IMG/VR virus record: IMGVR_UViG_3300037076_000416
Span: 7,172 to 71,171 of that record
Length of the DNA: 64,000 nt
Reading direction: 5' to 3' (one strand)
DNA from: a virus
Position numbers and translations under genes: made by a program. Shown piece after piece: positions 1-9,960 of the stretch; the stretch's first letter is position 1; the number at the start of each line of letters is the position of its first letter. A model generated the notes under the pieces. It had not been told where the DNA came from and searched no databases. It was given only the letters and a program-made list of their open reading frames with translations.

Positions 1-2579
1 GCTCGGATGAGGCGCTGCATCGCCTCCCACACAGGCACCCGCTCATCCGTCGCGGGGTCCCAATCAGCGCTGTACTCCTCGCGAGCGAGAAGCCGGACGC
101 GGCCACGGGCCGCGGCCAGGATCCCCGCATCGACAAGCCCTTCGATTGACGTGTTCTTCGCCTTTGAGAGGGTCTCGGACGTCCCGAACGCCGCGTCCTT
201 CAAGCCGAACTGCTCGTACCAGGCGATCGCCCAGCGGGTGTCGGCGTCGAACTCGCCCTCCTGTTCGGTGAGGATTTCGTCTAGGGCTGTATTGATGAGC
301 GCGAGCGCCGCGCGGACACGCATCACCGAGCCGTCGGGTTCGAGGACCTTGGGGTACCGGCTGAAGATCGCCATCCCCGGGCCGATCGACGCCTGGGCGA
401 GATCCACCGGGGCGATGTTCCCATGCTGGAGCGTTCGGAGAGCCTCGGGCAGCTCACGTTTGAGCGCGGCAACGAAGTCCTTGCGCGTGGTGACCCCAGC
501 CTCGCTCTGCCGTGGCCGGCACACCAGTACGATGGACGAGGCAAGGGCGTTCGACCCGAGCGATCGCATCCTATTGCCGAGCTCGCTCCTCATGGGCCAT
601 GTCCCGTGGATGGCAAAGCCGGAGCGAAGCAGACCTTCGAGCATCGTTTCCCAGCCGGTCGATGCCAGCCCGCCGTCGCTCGCGTACCTGTCGTCGCTTT
701 CGGTCTGCCTGAATGCGTAGTAGACGGTCACCGGATACTCCGAGTCGACTTCCTCATGGACCTTTTCGAAAGCCTGTCCAAGGCCTCTCTCGAAGTGGTC
801 GCGAGCTGCCTCCCGTCCTCCAAAGCGTGCGACGTCTGCAATGAGCTCGGCGGACTTAGGGCTCAGCACCGTGGCGAAGAGATCCGGCTGAACCGTCACC
901 AGGGTCCGACGCAGCCACACGTAGAAGAAGTCGGAGAGATCGGCGTATGGGACGTTGTCGTAGTACGGCGGGTCGGTCGAGACGATCACGCGGCCAACAA
1001 CTGTCGATCCTGCAGCGGCGTCTGCCTGAGTCACAATACCTGGCTGACCGCCCCCAAGTCCGGCAACCACCTTCGGTATGAACTCGAATGTCTTGTCCCA
1101 GCCACCTCCTGATGGGCCGATGGGGTTCGCCTCGGCGTAATCCCATGCCATCGGGATTGCCTGCCTCGCGAACATGTGACCCACATGCTGCTTGGCGGCA
1201 TCCGGTCGCCATTGACATAGAGCGTTATTCAGGTCGGCCATTCGCCCAACCGCAAGACCGAGATAGGTCGCGACCGCATCGGCGTAGGCCTGGGCGCCGC
1301 TGTCGCCGCCGTGAAGAGCGGTCCGCTCGCTGTGGAAATCGGCCCCGAGGGCGTCGCGAAGGACACGTGAGCGCCCCTCGTGGACAAGATCGCTGTATGT
1401 CGTGAGGGCGACGAGCTGGCGGGGTGTGAACAAGTCACAGAACCGTGTCAGCCCGTAGCGCGGCGCGCCCATATACTGCGGGTGCGTAGCAAGTTCCTCT
1501 TCTGGCCCCCATGAGGGGTTCGCCGAGTTGGCGACCCGGACCTGTTCCGCCTCGGGCGGCAGGTAGATCCGGCCACGAGTCCCTTCGGCTACGATCGCCA
1601 CGAGCTGAGCGCCCATGCGCCCAGCACGCGACTCAGTCTTCATATGGTCGTCCGAAGCTGCTTGCTCACAGACGAGGCAGCGAAAGTTCGCGCCCCGGCC
1701 GGTCCTGGCCGGCTCGGGCACTACCCCATGCGGCCCGCCGATCGTGAAGGAGATCGTCTTTGTCGCGCGGTTGACAAGGGGGACGGCCCACGCTTCCTTC
1801 CCCGGCTTCTTGCTGAGCTCGAACGAGCGGACGAGTGGCATCTGTGCGCCGCAGGCGGGGTTCGGGCAGGTCACCGTGCGGGCCCAGAGCCAGGCGACGA
1901 CGGTCGCCTCCCCCCCGCCATGCTCCTTCGGGAGACGGACCATCGGGTAGAGGTGGCTAATGCGGCGCTCAGCCTCGTCACTCATCCAGGCGCCGTAGCG
2001 GCGGACATCTTCGGCGAGCCCGGCAGCACCCTTCCAAGTGCCCGTGCCGCCCACGCCGCGACGAGCGTCAGGGTGGACCGGCGGTCGGTTGACGAACTCC
2101 GGCGGGATTTCGATGAGCGCCTTGGTGATGAGGACTGCGACCGGGTTGAGGTCGCTCGCGTAAGCCGCCAACCCCAACCGCTGGGCCTCGAGCGGGATGC
2201 TACCGCCGCCGCAGAAGGGATCCAAAACGAGCGGCGGGTTACCGCCGGTGGAGCGGCGGATCTCCGCTCGGGCTTCTTCGAGGACCGCCTCGTTCGTGGT
2301 GTTCTCCCACTGAACGAGCCGCTCGATGATCCCGAACAGCCTGGTCCGCTCATCCTCCTGGGCCTTCTTAGTCGGGAAGTGCTCCGCGTCAGATGAGGGA
2401 TCGTCGACCAGGCTGGCGAAGAGGACGGCCCGACAGGTAGCGAGCGGCTTGCGAGACCACCATAGGTGGAGCGTGCTCGGGTGCCCGTGGCGGATGCTCT
2501 TCTCCCGAGCCGACGCGACGTTGATCGCCTCGAGCGGGAGCGCGACCTCGATGAGTTTCCGCTTGGGTTGATCGCTCAC
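1..2579 (-). CDS. DUF1156-domain adenine-specific DNA methyltransferase (3' end outside window)
   Basis: Missing from the ORF track because no stop falls in the window. GTG at 2579 overlaps the helicase stop. Reads MSDQPKRKLIEVALPLEAINVASAREKSIRHGHPSTLHLWWSRKPLA, with DPFCGGGSIPLEAQRLG (motif I) and TDPPYYDNVPYADLSDFF (motif IV); same frame at position 3. Confidence 0.92.
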   Translation of the reverse strand, partial: MSDQPKRKLIEVALPLEAINVASAREKSIRHGHPSTLHLWWSRKPLATCRAVLFASLVDDPSSDAEHFPTKKAQEDERTRLFGIIERLVQWENTTNEAVLEEARAEIRRSTGGNPPLVLDPFCGGGSIPLEAQRLGLAAYASDLNPVAVLITKALIEIPPEFVNRPPVHPDARRGVGGTGTWKGAAGLAEDVRRYGAWMSDEAERRISHLYPMVRLPKEHGGGEATVVAWLWARTVTCPNPACGAQMPLVRSFELSKKPGKEAWAVPLVNRATKTISFTIGGPHGVVPEPARTGRGANFRCLVCEQAASDDHMKTESRAGRMGAQLVAIVAEGTRGRIYLPPEAEQVRVANSANPSWGPEEELATHPQYMGAPRYGLTRFCDLFTPRQLVALTTYSDLVHEGRSRVLRDALGADFHSERTALHGGDSGAQAYADAVATYLGLAVGRMADLNNALCQWRPDAAKQHVGHMFARQAIPMAWDYAEANPIGPSGGGWDKTFEFIPKVVAGLGGGQPGIVTQADAAAGSTVVGRVIVSTDPPYYDNVPYADLSDFFYVWLRRTLVTVQPDLFATVLSPKSAELIADVARFGGREAARDHFERGLGQAFEKVHEEVDSEYPVTVYYAFRQTESDDRYASDGGLASTGWETMLEGLLRSGFAIHGTWPMRSELGNRMRSLGSNALASSIVLVCRPRQSEAGVTTRKDFVAALKRELPEALRTLQHGNIAPVDLAQASIGPGMAIFSRYPKVLEPDGSVMRVRAALALINTALDEILTEQEGEFDADTRWAIAWYEQFGLKDAAFGTSETLSKAKNTSIEGLVDAGILAAARGRVRLLAREEYSADWDPATDERVPVWEAMQRLIR

Positions 2580-5500
2580 GCGGAGATCTCCACTAACTCA
2601 CCCTGCGAGAGCAGTTCCTTGATTGCATAGTTCACCGACGTCGCGGCCGGATCGGGTGCGATGGCGAACGGTCGCCTGAGGTAGATCGGGTCCGCGACCT
2701 TCTCGCCGTCGACGGCGACGATCGCGAGGTACCAGCGGTCAGGCACATTCAGGCTCTTGGCGATCTCGTTGCGAGTAACGGTCAACGTCGTCGCCCCCTG
2801 CGCACGGCCCTTGACTTCGATGAGGCGGAGGCGGCCATCGGGTTGGCGAGATTCGATGTCCCAGCCGTAGTTGCGATCCGAGACATCTTGCGGGGTGCGG
2901 CCGGCCGTCCGCTCGGCGGCCGCGACCGCCTCCATCGCAAGGCGCTCGACTCGGCGGGTCTCCCGGGCGAACCGCTCAACGTCGCGGCTGGGGCTCCCGC
3001 TCAAGCGCTCGAGCAGACCCTGGGGTACGACGATCGCACCGCCGACAACGACCGGCGGCAGGGCCTGGATCTGGGCCTCGAGGTCGAGCTCGCGCATCCG
3101 CGAGCGGAGGCGATCGGCGAGGTCATCGGCCCGTTGGCGGGCGACGCTGCTGGCGAGGCGGGTCTCCTTGCCCGCCCGTTCTTGCTCGCGGAGACGGGCG
3201 TACTGGCTGTCCCAATAGTTGATCTCGTAGGTCAGGCGGGCGTGGACCTCCCGGCGGGTCCGCTCGACCCGATCGAGCGTCCGTTCGCGGACCTCGGCGA
3301 GATGGGAGCGGGCCAGCTGCTCGATCGCGTAACCGATGGCGCGGGCTTCGAGCTTCGAGCCGGCGAGCCAGCCGGCCGCATCGATCGTCGGCGCGACGAG
3401 AGCGCGTTCCTCGTCGGAGCTCGGGCGATAGTCGAGGTAGGGAGCAGCGCCGGCACCGTGAGCACCGTCGTCGTCGAGCTCGACGAACTCGAGGCGGCGG
3501 CTCACGACGATCGGATGCCCGTCGCGGGTCTGCCGCCCATCGACGATCGCGTGCTCAAGGTAGACAAGGGCCCGAGGGGTGGCTGAGGGGTCGGACTCGT
3601 CAACCAGGAGCGCCCCCCGGCGCAAGAGTTCACGGTGGTCCTGGAGGATGAGATCGATCGTCGCCTCGAGGAGCGGGTGACCAGGACACACGAACTCGGC
3701 GAGGGGCAACCCGGGTACGGCGACCCGGGTCTTCTCGAACGCGATTCGCTCATACGCGCCGAGGACTCCCGGACGCATCGCGGCTTCGCGAGCGCGATCG
3801 CGGATCCGACCCGGCACCTTCGTCAGCTCATACCGATCGGGTTCGCGCTCGCGGACCTGGCCACCCAGTCGACGGTAGGCGAGCAGGAAGAAATCGCGGA
3901 CGTAGAACGGCTGCAGCCGACTCGCATCGGCCCGCTCCAGCTCGTCACGGACGGAGGCGACCTTTGTGGTGTCCAGAACATCCGCGCCAAGCGCTCGTGT
4001 CGCGAGTAGGAAGCGGAGTTGGCCAACGTCGAGCGCGGCATCGATGACCTGGGTCATCTGCGCGCGAACCTCGGGGCTGTCGCCATGGCGGATCGCCTCG
4101 ATCAGGAGCTGCCGCAAGGGCTTGCCCTCGAAGGTCAGTTCGCCCAGGACATCGAAGACCGTCCCGCCCAGTGCCTCGGCCTGGACCGCGAGCTTCTCCA
4201 GGAGGCGGGCATACACGTCGCCCTCACGGGTCTTGTCGGCCACGAGGTTCCACAGATGGCACGGCTCGGTTCGGCCGATCCGGTGGATTCGCCCAAACCG
4301 CTGCTCGAGCCGGTTCGGGTTCCAAGGCAGGTCGTAGTTGATCATGAGGTGGGCCCGCTGGAGGTTGATCCCCTCACCGGCCGCATCGGTCGCCACGAGG
4401 ACGATGGCCTCCGGATCATTTTTGAATCGCGATTCTGCGGCCCGGCGCTGGTCGCGCGGAACCCCGCCATGGATCGCGACGATCGCCTCGGGCCGCCCCA
4501 GGAATGTGCCGATTCGCTCGACGAGGTAGTCGAGTGTGTCGCGATGCTCGGTGAAGATGATCAGCTTGCGCCGCCCGCCGCCCGCGTCCTTCATCTCGGG
4601 CGCGTCCTGGAGAACCCGCGAGAGCTCAGTCCACTTTGTGTCCGTGCCGAGCCTCCGGACTTGGGAGGCAAGGGACTCCAACTGCTTGAGCCGCTCGATC
4701 TCCAGGCGCAGCTCGGCGATCGTCGAGGCAGCCGTAGCGAGATCGACCGCAGTCTCTTCGGCGGCCTCGGCCTCCTCGGCGGTTGCCTCGTCGTCGTCGA
4801 TCTCTTCGATGTCGGCGACCGTGAGCGCGGCGAGCTCGGGTTGGTTGATCCGCGCCTGGGCGCCGTCGCGCTGGACCATCGTGTCGGCGAGCGTCCGCTC
4901 GAGGCGGGCCAGTCGACGCTTCAATGACATGTGGATCGCCGCGGGCGATGACGCCAGGCGGCGCTGGAGGACCATCAGGGCGAACCCGACGATCAGGCCG
5001 CGCTTGCCCTCCCCTGCCGCCTTGATCTTCTCGGCCCGGTTCATCTCCTCGCGGACATACGTCGTGACCTGCTGGTACAGGTCGGCCTCAGGGCCCGAAA
5101 GGTCATATGGCACGACATAGGCATAGCGCGGCGGGAAGAGCGGTGTCCCATCGAACTTGACGAGCTGCTCCTTCATCAGCCGGCGCATCAGCTCGCCTGG
5201 GTGCGAGACCGGCGGAGCGGCATCGGTCGCCTTGCGCTTGTGTCCGGCGAACCGGTCTGGGTCGAGCAAACTCATGAACAGCTCGAAGTCCTCCTCCTTG
5301 CCGTTGTGCGGCGTCGCAGTCAGGAGGAGGAAGTGACGGGTGTGTGGTCGGACCCGTTCCGCCAGCAGGCGACGCTTCGTCTTCTTGACCTCACCGGAGA
5401 AGAGCTGGGCCGAGAGTTTGTGAGCCTCGTCAAAGACGACGAGGTCCCAATCGGGAGCGTTCTCAAGAAGGAGCTGGAGGTCCTCGTCGCGGCTCAGCTT

Positions 5501-6121
5501 GTCGAGCCGCGCGATCTGGAGGTCCGTCTCGGCGAACGGGTTGCCCGAAGCCGAGCCCTCGATCCGATCGCGGCTGAGCAGGGTGAAGTCGAGGTGGAAC
5601 TTCTCGGCGAGCTCGGCCTGCCACTGCTCGACCAGCGAACCCGGCGCGACGATCAAGCAGCGGCGGAGGTCGCCGCGGACGATGAGTTCGCGAATGAGCA
5701 GGCCGGTCATGATCGTCTTGCCGGCGCCCGGGTCATCAGCGAGGAGGAAGCTAAGGGGCTGGCGCGGCAGCATCGCCTCGTAGACGGCGGTGATCTGATG
5801 TGGAAGCGCCTCGACGAGGCTCGTGCTAAGCGCGAGATAGGGATCGAACAGGTAGGCGAGGTCGATCCGCTTCGCCTCGCTGGCGAGCTTAAAGGCTTCC
5901 CCATCGCCGTCGAAGGCCCAGGGCTTGCCTTCCTCGACGATGCTCAGACGCGGCTCGTCCTCGCGGTAGACGAGGCGCTCGGCGACGGCGCCGTCGGCGG
6001 TCCGGTAGGTCAGCGTTAGGACCTCGGAGCCATGCCAGCTGACGTCGACGACCGTCACGGCACGGTCCGCGACCACGCCGGAAATTAGAGCGCCTTTGGC
6101 CAGCTCTTCGAGACGGGCGAT
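2576..6121 (-). CDS. SNF2-family helicase with C-terminal DUF3883-like PD-(D/E)XK nuclease domain
   Basis: LLADDPGAGKT, DEAH, TATPHNGK, TDAAGEGINLQ, QRFGRIHRIG; C-terminal YGWDIES...IEVKGR. The track starts it at 6076; an in-frame ATC at 6121 follows a GGGGAGG Shine-Dalgarno. Confidence 0.92.
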   Translation of the reverse strand: MARLEELAKGALISGVVADRAVTVVDVSWHGSEVLTLTYRTADGAVAERLVYREDEPRLSIVEEGKPWAFDGDGEAFKLASEAKRIDLAYLFDPYLALSTSLVEALPHQITAVYEAMLPRQPLSFLLADDPGAGKTIMTGLLIRELIVRGDLRRCLIVAPGSLVEQWQAELAEKFHLDFTLLSRDRIEGSASGNPFAETDLQIARLDKLSRDEDLQLLLENAPDWDLVVFDEAHKLSAQLFSGEVKKTKRRLLAERVRPHTRHFLLLTATPHNGKEEDFELFMSLLDPDRFAGHKRKATDAAPPVSHPGELMRRLMKEQLVKFDGTPLFPPRYAYVVPYDLSGPEADLYQQVTTYVREEMNRAEKIKAAGEGKRGLIVGFALMVLQRRLASSPAAIHMSLKRRLARLERTLADTMVQRDGAQARINQPELAALTVADIEEIDDDEATAEEAEAAEETAVDLATAASTIAELRLEIERLKQLESLASQVRRLGTDTKWTELSRVLQDAPEMKDAGGGRRKLIIFTEHRDTLDYLVERIGTFLGRPEAIVAIHGGVPRDQRRAAESRFKNDPEAIVLVATDAAGEGINLQRAHLMINYDLPWNPNRLEQRFGRIHRIGRTEPCHLWNLVADKTREGDVYARLLEKLAVQAEALGGTVFDVLGELTFEGKPLRQLLIEAIRHGDSPEVRAQMTQVIDAALDVGQLRFLLATRALGADVLDTTKVASVRDELERADASRLQPFYVRDFFLLAYRRLGGQVREREPDRYELTKVPGRIRDRAREAAMRPGVLGAYERIAFEKTRVAVPGLPLAEFVCPGHPLLEATIDLILQDHRELLRRGALLVDESDPSATPRALVYLEHAIVDGRQTRDGHPIVVSRRLEFVELDDDGAHGAGAAPYLDYRPSSDEERALVAPTIDAAGWLAGSKLEARAIGYAIEQLARSHLAEVRERTLDRVERTRREVHARLTYEINYWDSQYARLREQERAGKETRLASSVARQRADDLADRLRSRMRELDLEAQIQALPPVVVGGAIVVPQGLLERLSGSPSRDVERFARETRRVERLAMEAVAAAERTAGRTPQDVSDRNYGWDIESRQPDGRLRLIEVKGRAQGATTLTVTRNEIAKSLNVPDRWYLAIVAVDGEKVADPIYLRRPFAIAPDPAATSVNYAIKELLSQGELVEISA

Positions 6122-6616
6122 GCCGAACCTCCCCTATCGGTGCCATTGGGCGACGCCTTCGCTCAGCCCGATTGTACGGGCGCGAGCGCGCGCACCGAGT
6201 TAGTTCGCGAGGATGCAGGCCGGGTCGTCAACCAGCAAGGCGCCCTATGTACATCTATGGGTTCGAGACACTTTCCTTCGTCAGGCCCTGATCGCCCGAA
6301 GGAACAATCTGACTCGTATCAGCACGGGGTTCGGCCGCCCGACTACGGCCGCTTGATCCTGGCCCGCAGCAGCTCGACGAGCGCCCACACGAACAGGATC
6401 TCGTCGGCGTATGGCCCGGGGTCGTAGTCGGGCCCTGCGTCGTCAAGTCGGCTCTGCCAGTGGTGCTGGATCCCGAACATGTAGGTCCGCGCATCGTCGA
6501 TCGTGATCTTGGGATCGAGATGACCCGTTCGAACGACCGATTCAGGACAGCGCCGAGCGCTGGCTGGCAGCGGGGGCGCTAGGACGGTGCGTTGACTGGG
6601 ATCGACCCATCAGCGA

Positions 6617-7186
6617 TCACCAAGCGGGCAAAGTAGTCTCCCGGTCGCCGACCAGCGCCTGCGAGTCGGTCATCTCGGGCGTGAAACCATCGGTGCCGCG
6701 GCTCACGAACCGCTCCCAGGCCTGCCCGACGACCCCAGACCCGGGGAACAGGTCGTCGAACTCGTCGGCCGGGTCGGCACCAAGCACGTCGATGATCCAG
6801 TCGCAAAAGACATCAGGCTTCGCCCCGTGGGTGCCCCGGCGTGTTGTGATGTTCGCGACGACGTAGTCACGGACACTCGGCCGGTCCTTCGTGCCGCGCG
6901 GCCGTGCCGCGACGAACAGGACCGGCTCCCACGCATACTGGACGCGGTTGCTCGGCTTCCAGCTGCACCACGGTTTGCACCACGCTGCGACCCGGGCCTC
7001 CGGGGCGAGGCTGAGCATGTGGCCGAGCGATGGCGATGATGCCGACAGCGCCCACCCGTCGTAGGTCCGCAACCGGTCGACCAGCGCGGGGAAGTCGACC
7101 TCGGCAGCCTCGATCCCGGACGGGTCGTGGGCGTAGTGCCGCTTGGCTTGGCCGAGGTAGGGTGGGTCGGCGTAGGCCAGCCTCAC
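6617..7186 (-). CDS. Small phage-type N6/N4 DNA methyltransferase
   Basis: AYADPPY at the N-terminus, HGAKP, DDLFPGSG motif I near the C-terminus. Confidence 0.8.
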   Translation of the reverse strand: MRLAYADPPYLGQAKRHYAHDPSGIEAAEVDFPALVDRLRTYDGWALSASSPSLGHMLSLAPEARVAAWCKPWCSWKPSNRVQYAWEPVLFVAARPRGTKDRPSVRDYVVANITTRRGTHGAKPDVFCDWIIDVLGADPADEFDDLFPGSGVVGQAWERFVSRGTDGFTPEMTDSQALVGDRETTLPAW

Positions 7187-7443
7187 GACTGCTTTCCAGA
7201 TCGCTGCCTAGCGATGGGACAGGACGCGCGGCCCACGTGCTTGGCCTTGGCGGCCGGTCCGGCAAGGGAGCGATCAGATGGCGGCGGGTTGAGGCTGCCA
7301 TTGACCTGCTCACACGCGCCGCCGACAGGCGACAGCGCCGCGGCAGCCAAAGCCGCCTGCGTCGCCTTCGTCGTCCTGCCTCGTTCGAGTGCCATACGAC
7401 GAAAATAGGGTCCGCTATCATCGCGTCTAGCCTGCGACCATAA

Positions 7444-8763
7444 ATGAGGCCACCGATCCAATTGGTCGAGATCTCGGACTCACCCCACGCGATCGTCGTG
7501 GCGTTGTGCGCGTGCTTCCGGTCAGAGCACGGCCACCCTCGACCCTGCGCTGCGTCTTTCAGTACCTCCGCGCGACCGGACCGCCCAGGTACATACGGCC
7601 GCTTCTGCCTCGCCTGCCGCCGAGCGGCTCGGCGATCAGGCCAGCTCAGGCGGCGGGCGCGCGAGCGACAGCTCCAGACGGTGCGCCACTGTGCCTGGGC
7701 CGACTGTAAGGAAGGAGAAGACGGGGGACCCTGCGAGGTTCCGCCGGCGCGGACGTATTGCGGCCGCGCTCATGCTGGTGCGGCTCGGCGAGGACGGGGT
7801 CGCCACGGCGGCGACATCCGCTGTGGCTGTCGGGCGCAAGCGCATCGCGACCGCCACGGCCGACCCTGTGGCGCGCCGCTTGGCTACGTTCGTCGCTCGC
7901 GGATCAAGCGTGCCAAGCGCCATTACTGCCTCGATTGTCGGCTCGACCGCCCCTGGCTCCAGGCCGCGCCGCCACCGTGCTTCTGCCAGCGCTGCGGCCG
8001 AACCTTGAGCCGAGGGGCGATGACCCGGTGTTCAGCCTGTCGTCGACTCGAACGGGAGCGCGGGTCCTACCGCCATGAGCGGGATGGCAAGGTCCTCGAC
8101 CTTCTTGCCGCCGGCTGGAGCCATCGCCAGATCGCCCGCGAGCTACCGATCGCCCGCGCCACCGTCGCCCGAATTCGCGCCCGGCTGGGCGTTCCGCCAC
8201 GTCCCGCGCCGCCGATCGAGCCGACCCATCCTGGACTCGGGACGATGGAAGGCTTCCAGTACCACGAGCGACACAAAGAAGCCCTATGCCCTGCCTGCCA
8301 TACGGCGCACGATGCCTACCTGCGCGACCGTGACCATGGACGTAAGGAGGGTCGGCCCGGGGTCGGCCGGCAGCCACCATCCGCCGCGACCCTGGCCGAC
8401 TACCGTCCGCTTGGCCGGCCCCGCCAACGAATCGTCCACGGGACGGCTGCTGGGTACAGCGCCCACCGGAAACACCACGAGGCCCAATGCGACGCCTGTC
8501 TGGCGGCGCGGCGAGCCGCGAACCGGCGCTACGCGGCGAAGACCCGTGCCGCGCGGCCTCCGGCGCGGCTCGGCCGACCAGCGATCTTCATCGCACCGGA
8601 GATCGTGACCCGCGTCCTGACCGAACGCTCGGCGGGTCAAAGCTACGCGGTGATCGCCGCAGGCTTCATGGCCGATGGCATTCCACCGCCCGGCACCGCG
8701 AAGCGCTGGTACCCCGGGACCGTGCGCACGATCGAGATGCGGGCGACCCCTGAGGCGCACTGA
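7444..8763 (+). CDS. Cys/His-rich multidomain putative DNA-binding protein (zinc fingers, HTH, two HGT-like CxxC repeats, recombinase-type C-terminal domain)
   Basis: Many CxxC pairs; HTH AGWSHRQIARELPIARATVARIR; repeats GTMEGFQYHERHKEALCPAC and HGTAAGYSAHRKHHEAQCDAC; C-terminal GQSYAVIAAGFMADGIPPPG..RWYPGTVRTI. Start uncertain. Confidence 0.6.
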   Translation: MRPPIQLVEISDSPHAIVVALCACFRSEHGHPRPCAASFSTSARPDRPGTYGRFCLACRRAARRSGQLRRRARERQLQTVRHCAWADCKEGEDGGPCEVPPARTYCGRAHAGAARRGRGRHGGDIRCGCRAQAHRDRHGRPCGAPLGYVRRSRIKRAKRHYCLDCRLDRPWLQAAPPPCFCQRCGRTLSRGAMTRCSACRRLERERGSYRHERDGKVLDLLAAGWSHRQIARELPIARATVARIRARLGVPPRPAPPIEPTHPGLGTMEGFQYHERHKEALCPACHTAHDAYLRDRDHGRKEGRPGVGRQPPSAATLADYRPLGRPRQRIVHGTAAGYSAHRKHHEAQCDACLAARRAANRRYAAKTRAARPPARLGRPAIFIAPEIVTRVLTERSAGQSYAVIAAGFMADGIPPPGTAKRWYPGTVRTIEMRATPEAH

Positions 8764-8794
8764 GTCCGGCCGGCTTCACACCCCAATCGCGATC

Positions 8795-8824
8795 GCCACC
8801 TCCGGCCACCTCCGGCCACCTCCG
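8795..8824 (+). repeat. Tandem repeat (GCCACCTCCG)x3
   Basis: Three perfect 10-bp units, intergenic. Confidence 0.85.
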
Positions 8825-9027
8825 GTCCATCTCCCCCCTTGAGCCGGCGGAGGGAGGCGAACCGTTGACAGAGGCGGGCTCCGTGCTGCATACAGGAAGG
8901 TGAGGCGGGGAAGCCGCGGCGATACTCGCGGGCCGGCCAATCGTTCCAATCAGGAGGCACGCCCCACGATCGACACAATGGGCCTGTCGTCGCGGGCGGG
9001 TTCCTGGCCCTCTGCGTTCACGACGGC

Positions 9028-9960
9028 GTGTTTCGGCCGCTGCTGGCGGGGCTGGTCGCGCTGCCCGTGATCCCGGGCGGCCTGAACACCCTCACCGTCA
9101 TCGTTCTGCTCTTCAGCCTGTGGCATGCGTCCTACGCGCTGGGGGTTCGGCTGACCGTCGTCTTCTTCGCGATCACCGCGGTCACGTCCTGGATCTTCGA
9201 GGACATCGGGGTGGCCACCGGGCTCATCTTCGGCCCGTACCACTACACTTCGACTCTGGGTCCGTGGCTCGGATCGGTCCCGGTCCTCATCCCCATCGCC
9301 TGGTTCGTGCTGGTCTACCCGAGTTACATCGTGGCCAACCTGATCGTGGACCGATCGTCGGTCGGCACGCCTGGGGGCCACCGCCACCTTGTTGGCCTCG
9401 TCCTGCTCGGTGCCCTAGTGATGACGGCCTCGGATCTGGTGGTCGATCCAATCCTCTCCGGCCCGTCCGTTCGCGCCTGGGTCTGGGGAATCGGTGGTCC
9501 CTACTACGGGGTCCCGGTCCAGAACTACCTCGGCTGGATCGCGACCACCTTCACCGTCTATCTCCTGTACCGGATGGTGGAGCGACGCGCACTGCCCCAG
9601 CCAGTCGGGCAACGCTCCCGTGGTCCAAGCGGGATGCCCGTCCTGGCCTACGCGGCGATCCCGCTCGCGAACCTCGTCTCGGGCGCCGCGCCGGCGGCGA
9701 TCGCAGTAATCGCGCCCCTCGCCATGGAGACGCCCGGTCGTGGCCGGGTTCGTTCGCCTGGTGAGCCCGACGGCCGGGGCCGCCCGGGCTCGACCTCGGA
9801 CCAGATGAGCATCTCGAGGAGACGTAGGGGTCCGACCGGTTTGCCTGCTTCAGCCGACAGCCGCGAGAGCGCCTCGAGTTGCACGGAGCTCCCGACGAGA
9901 TCGCTCCGGAACGAGCGCAGGACGTCAACGGCGATCTCGACCGCGTACCGCTTGTCCTGA
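9028..9960 (+). CDS. DUF422/CruF-like carotenoid biosynthesis membrane protein, C-terminus probably frameshifted
   Basis: FEDIGVATGLIFGPYHYT..LG..LGSVPVLIPIAW, DLVVDP, YYGVPVQNYLGW. After ~9735 the hydrophobic continuation VVAGFVRLVS lies in another frame. Confidence 0.75.
   Translation: MFRPLLAGLVALPVIPGGLNTLTVIVLLFSLWHASYALGVRLTVVFFAITAVTSWIFEDIGVATGLIFGPYHYTSTLGPWLGSVPVLIPIAWFVLVYPSYIVANLIVDRSSVGTPGGHRHLVGLVLLGALVMTASDLVVDPILSGPSVRAWVWGIGGPYYGVPVQNYLGWIATTFTVYLLYRMVERRALPQPVGQRSRGPSGMPVLAYAAIPLANLVSGAAPAAIAVIAPLAMETPGRGRVRSPGEPDGRGRPGSTSDQMSISRRRRGPTGLPASADSRESASSCTELPTRSLRNERRTSTAISTAYRLS

Noticed and set aside
7-2571. Numerous plus-strand ORFs
   Set aside because: Shadows of the minus-strand DUF1156 methylase that the track missed
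6343-6600. Protein-like minus-strand frame (HLDPKITIDDARTYMFG...LLRARIKRP)
   Set aside because: No start codon or RBS; at most a remnant
8795-8824. 10-bp tandem repeat as replication iterons
   Set aside because: No adjacent rep gene or AT-rich region; likely slippage
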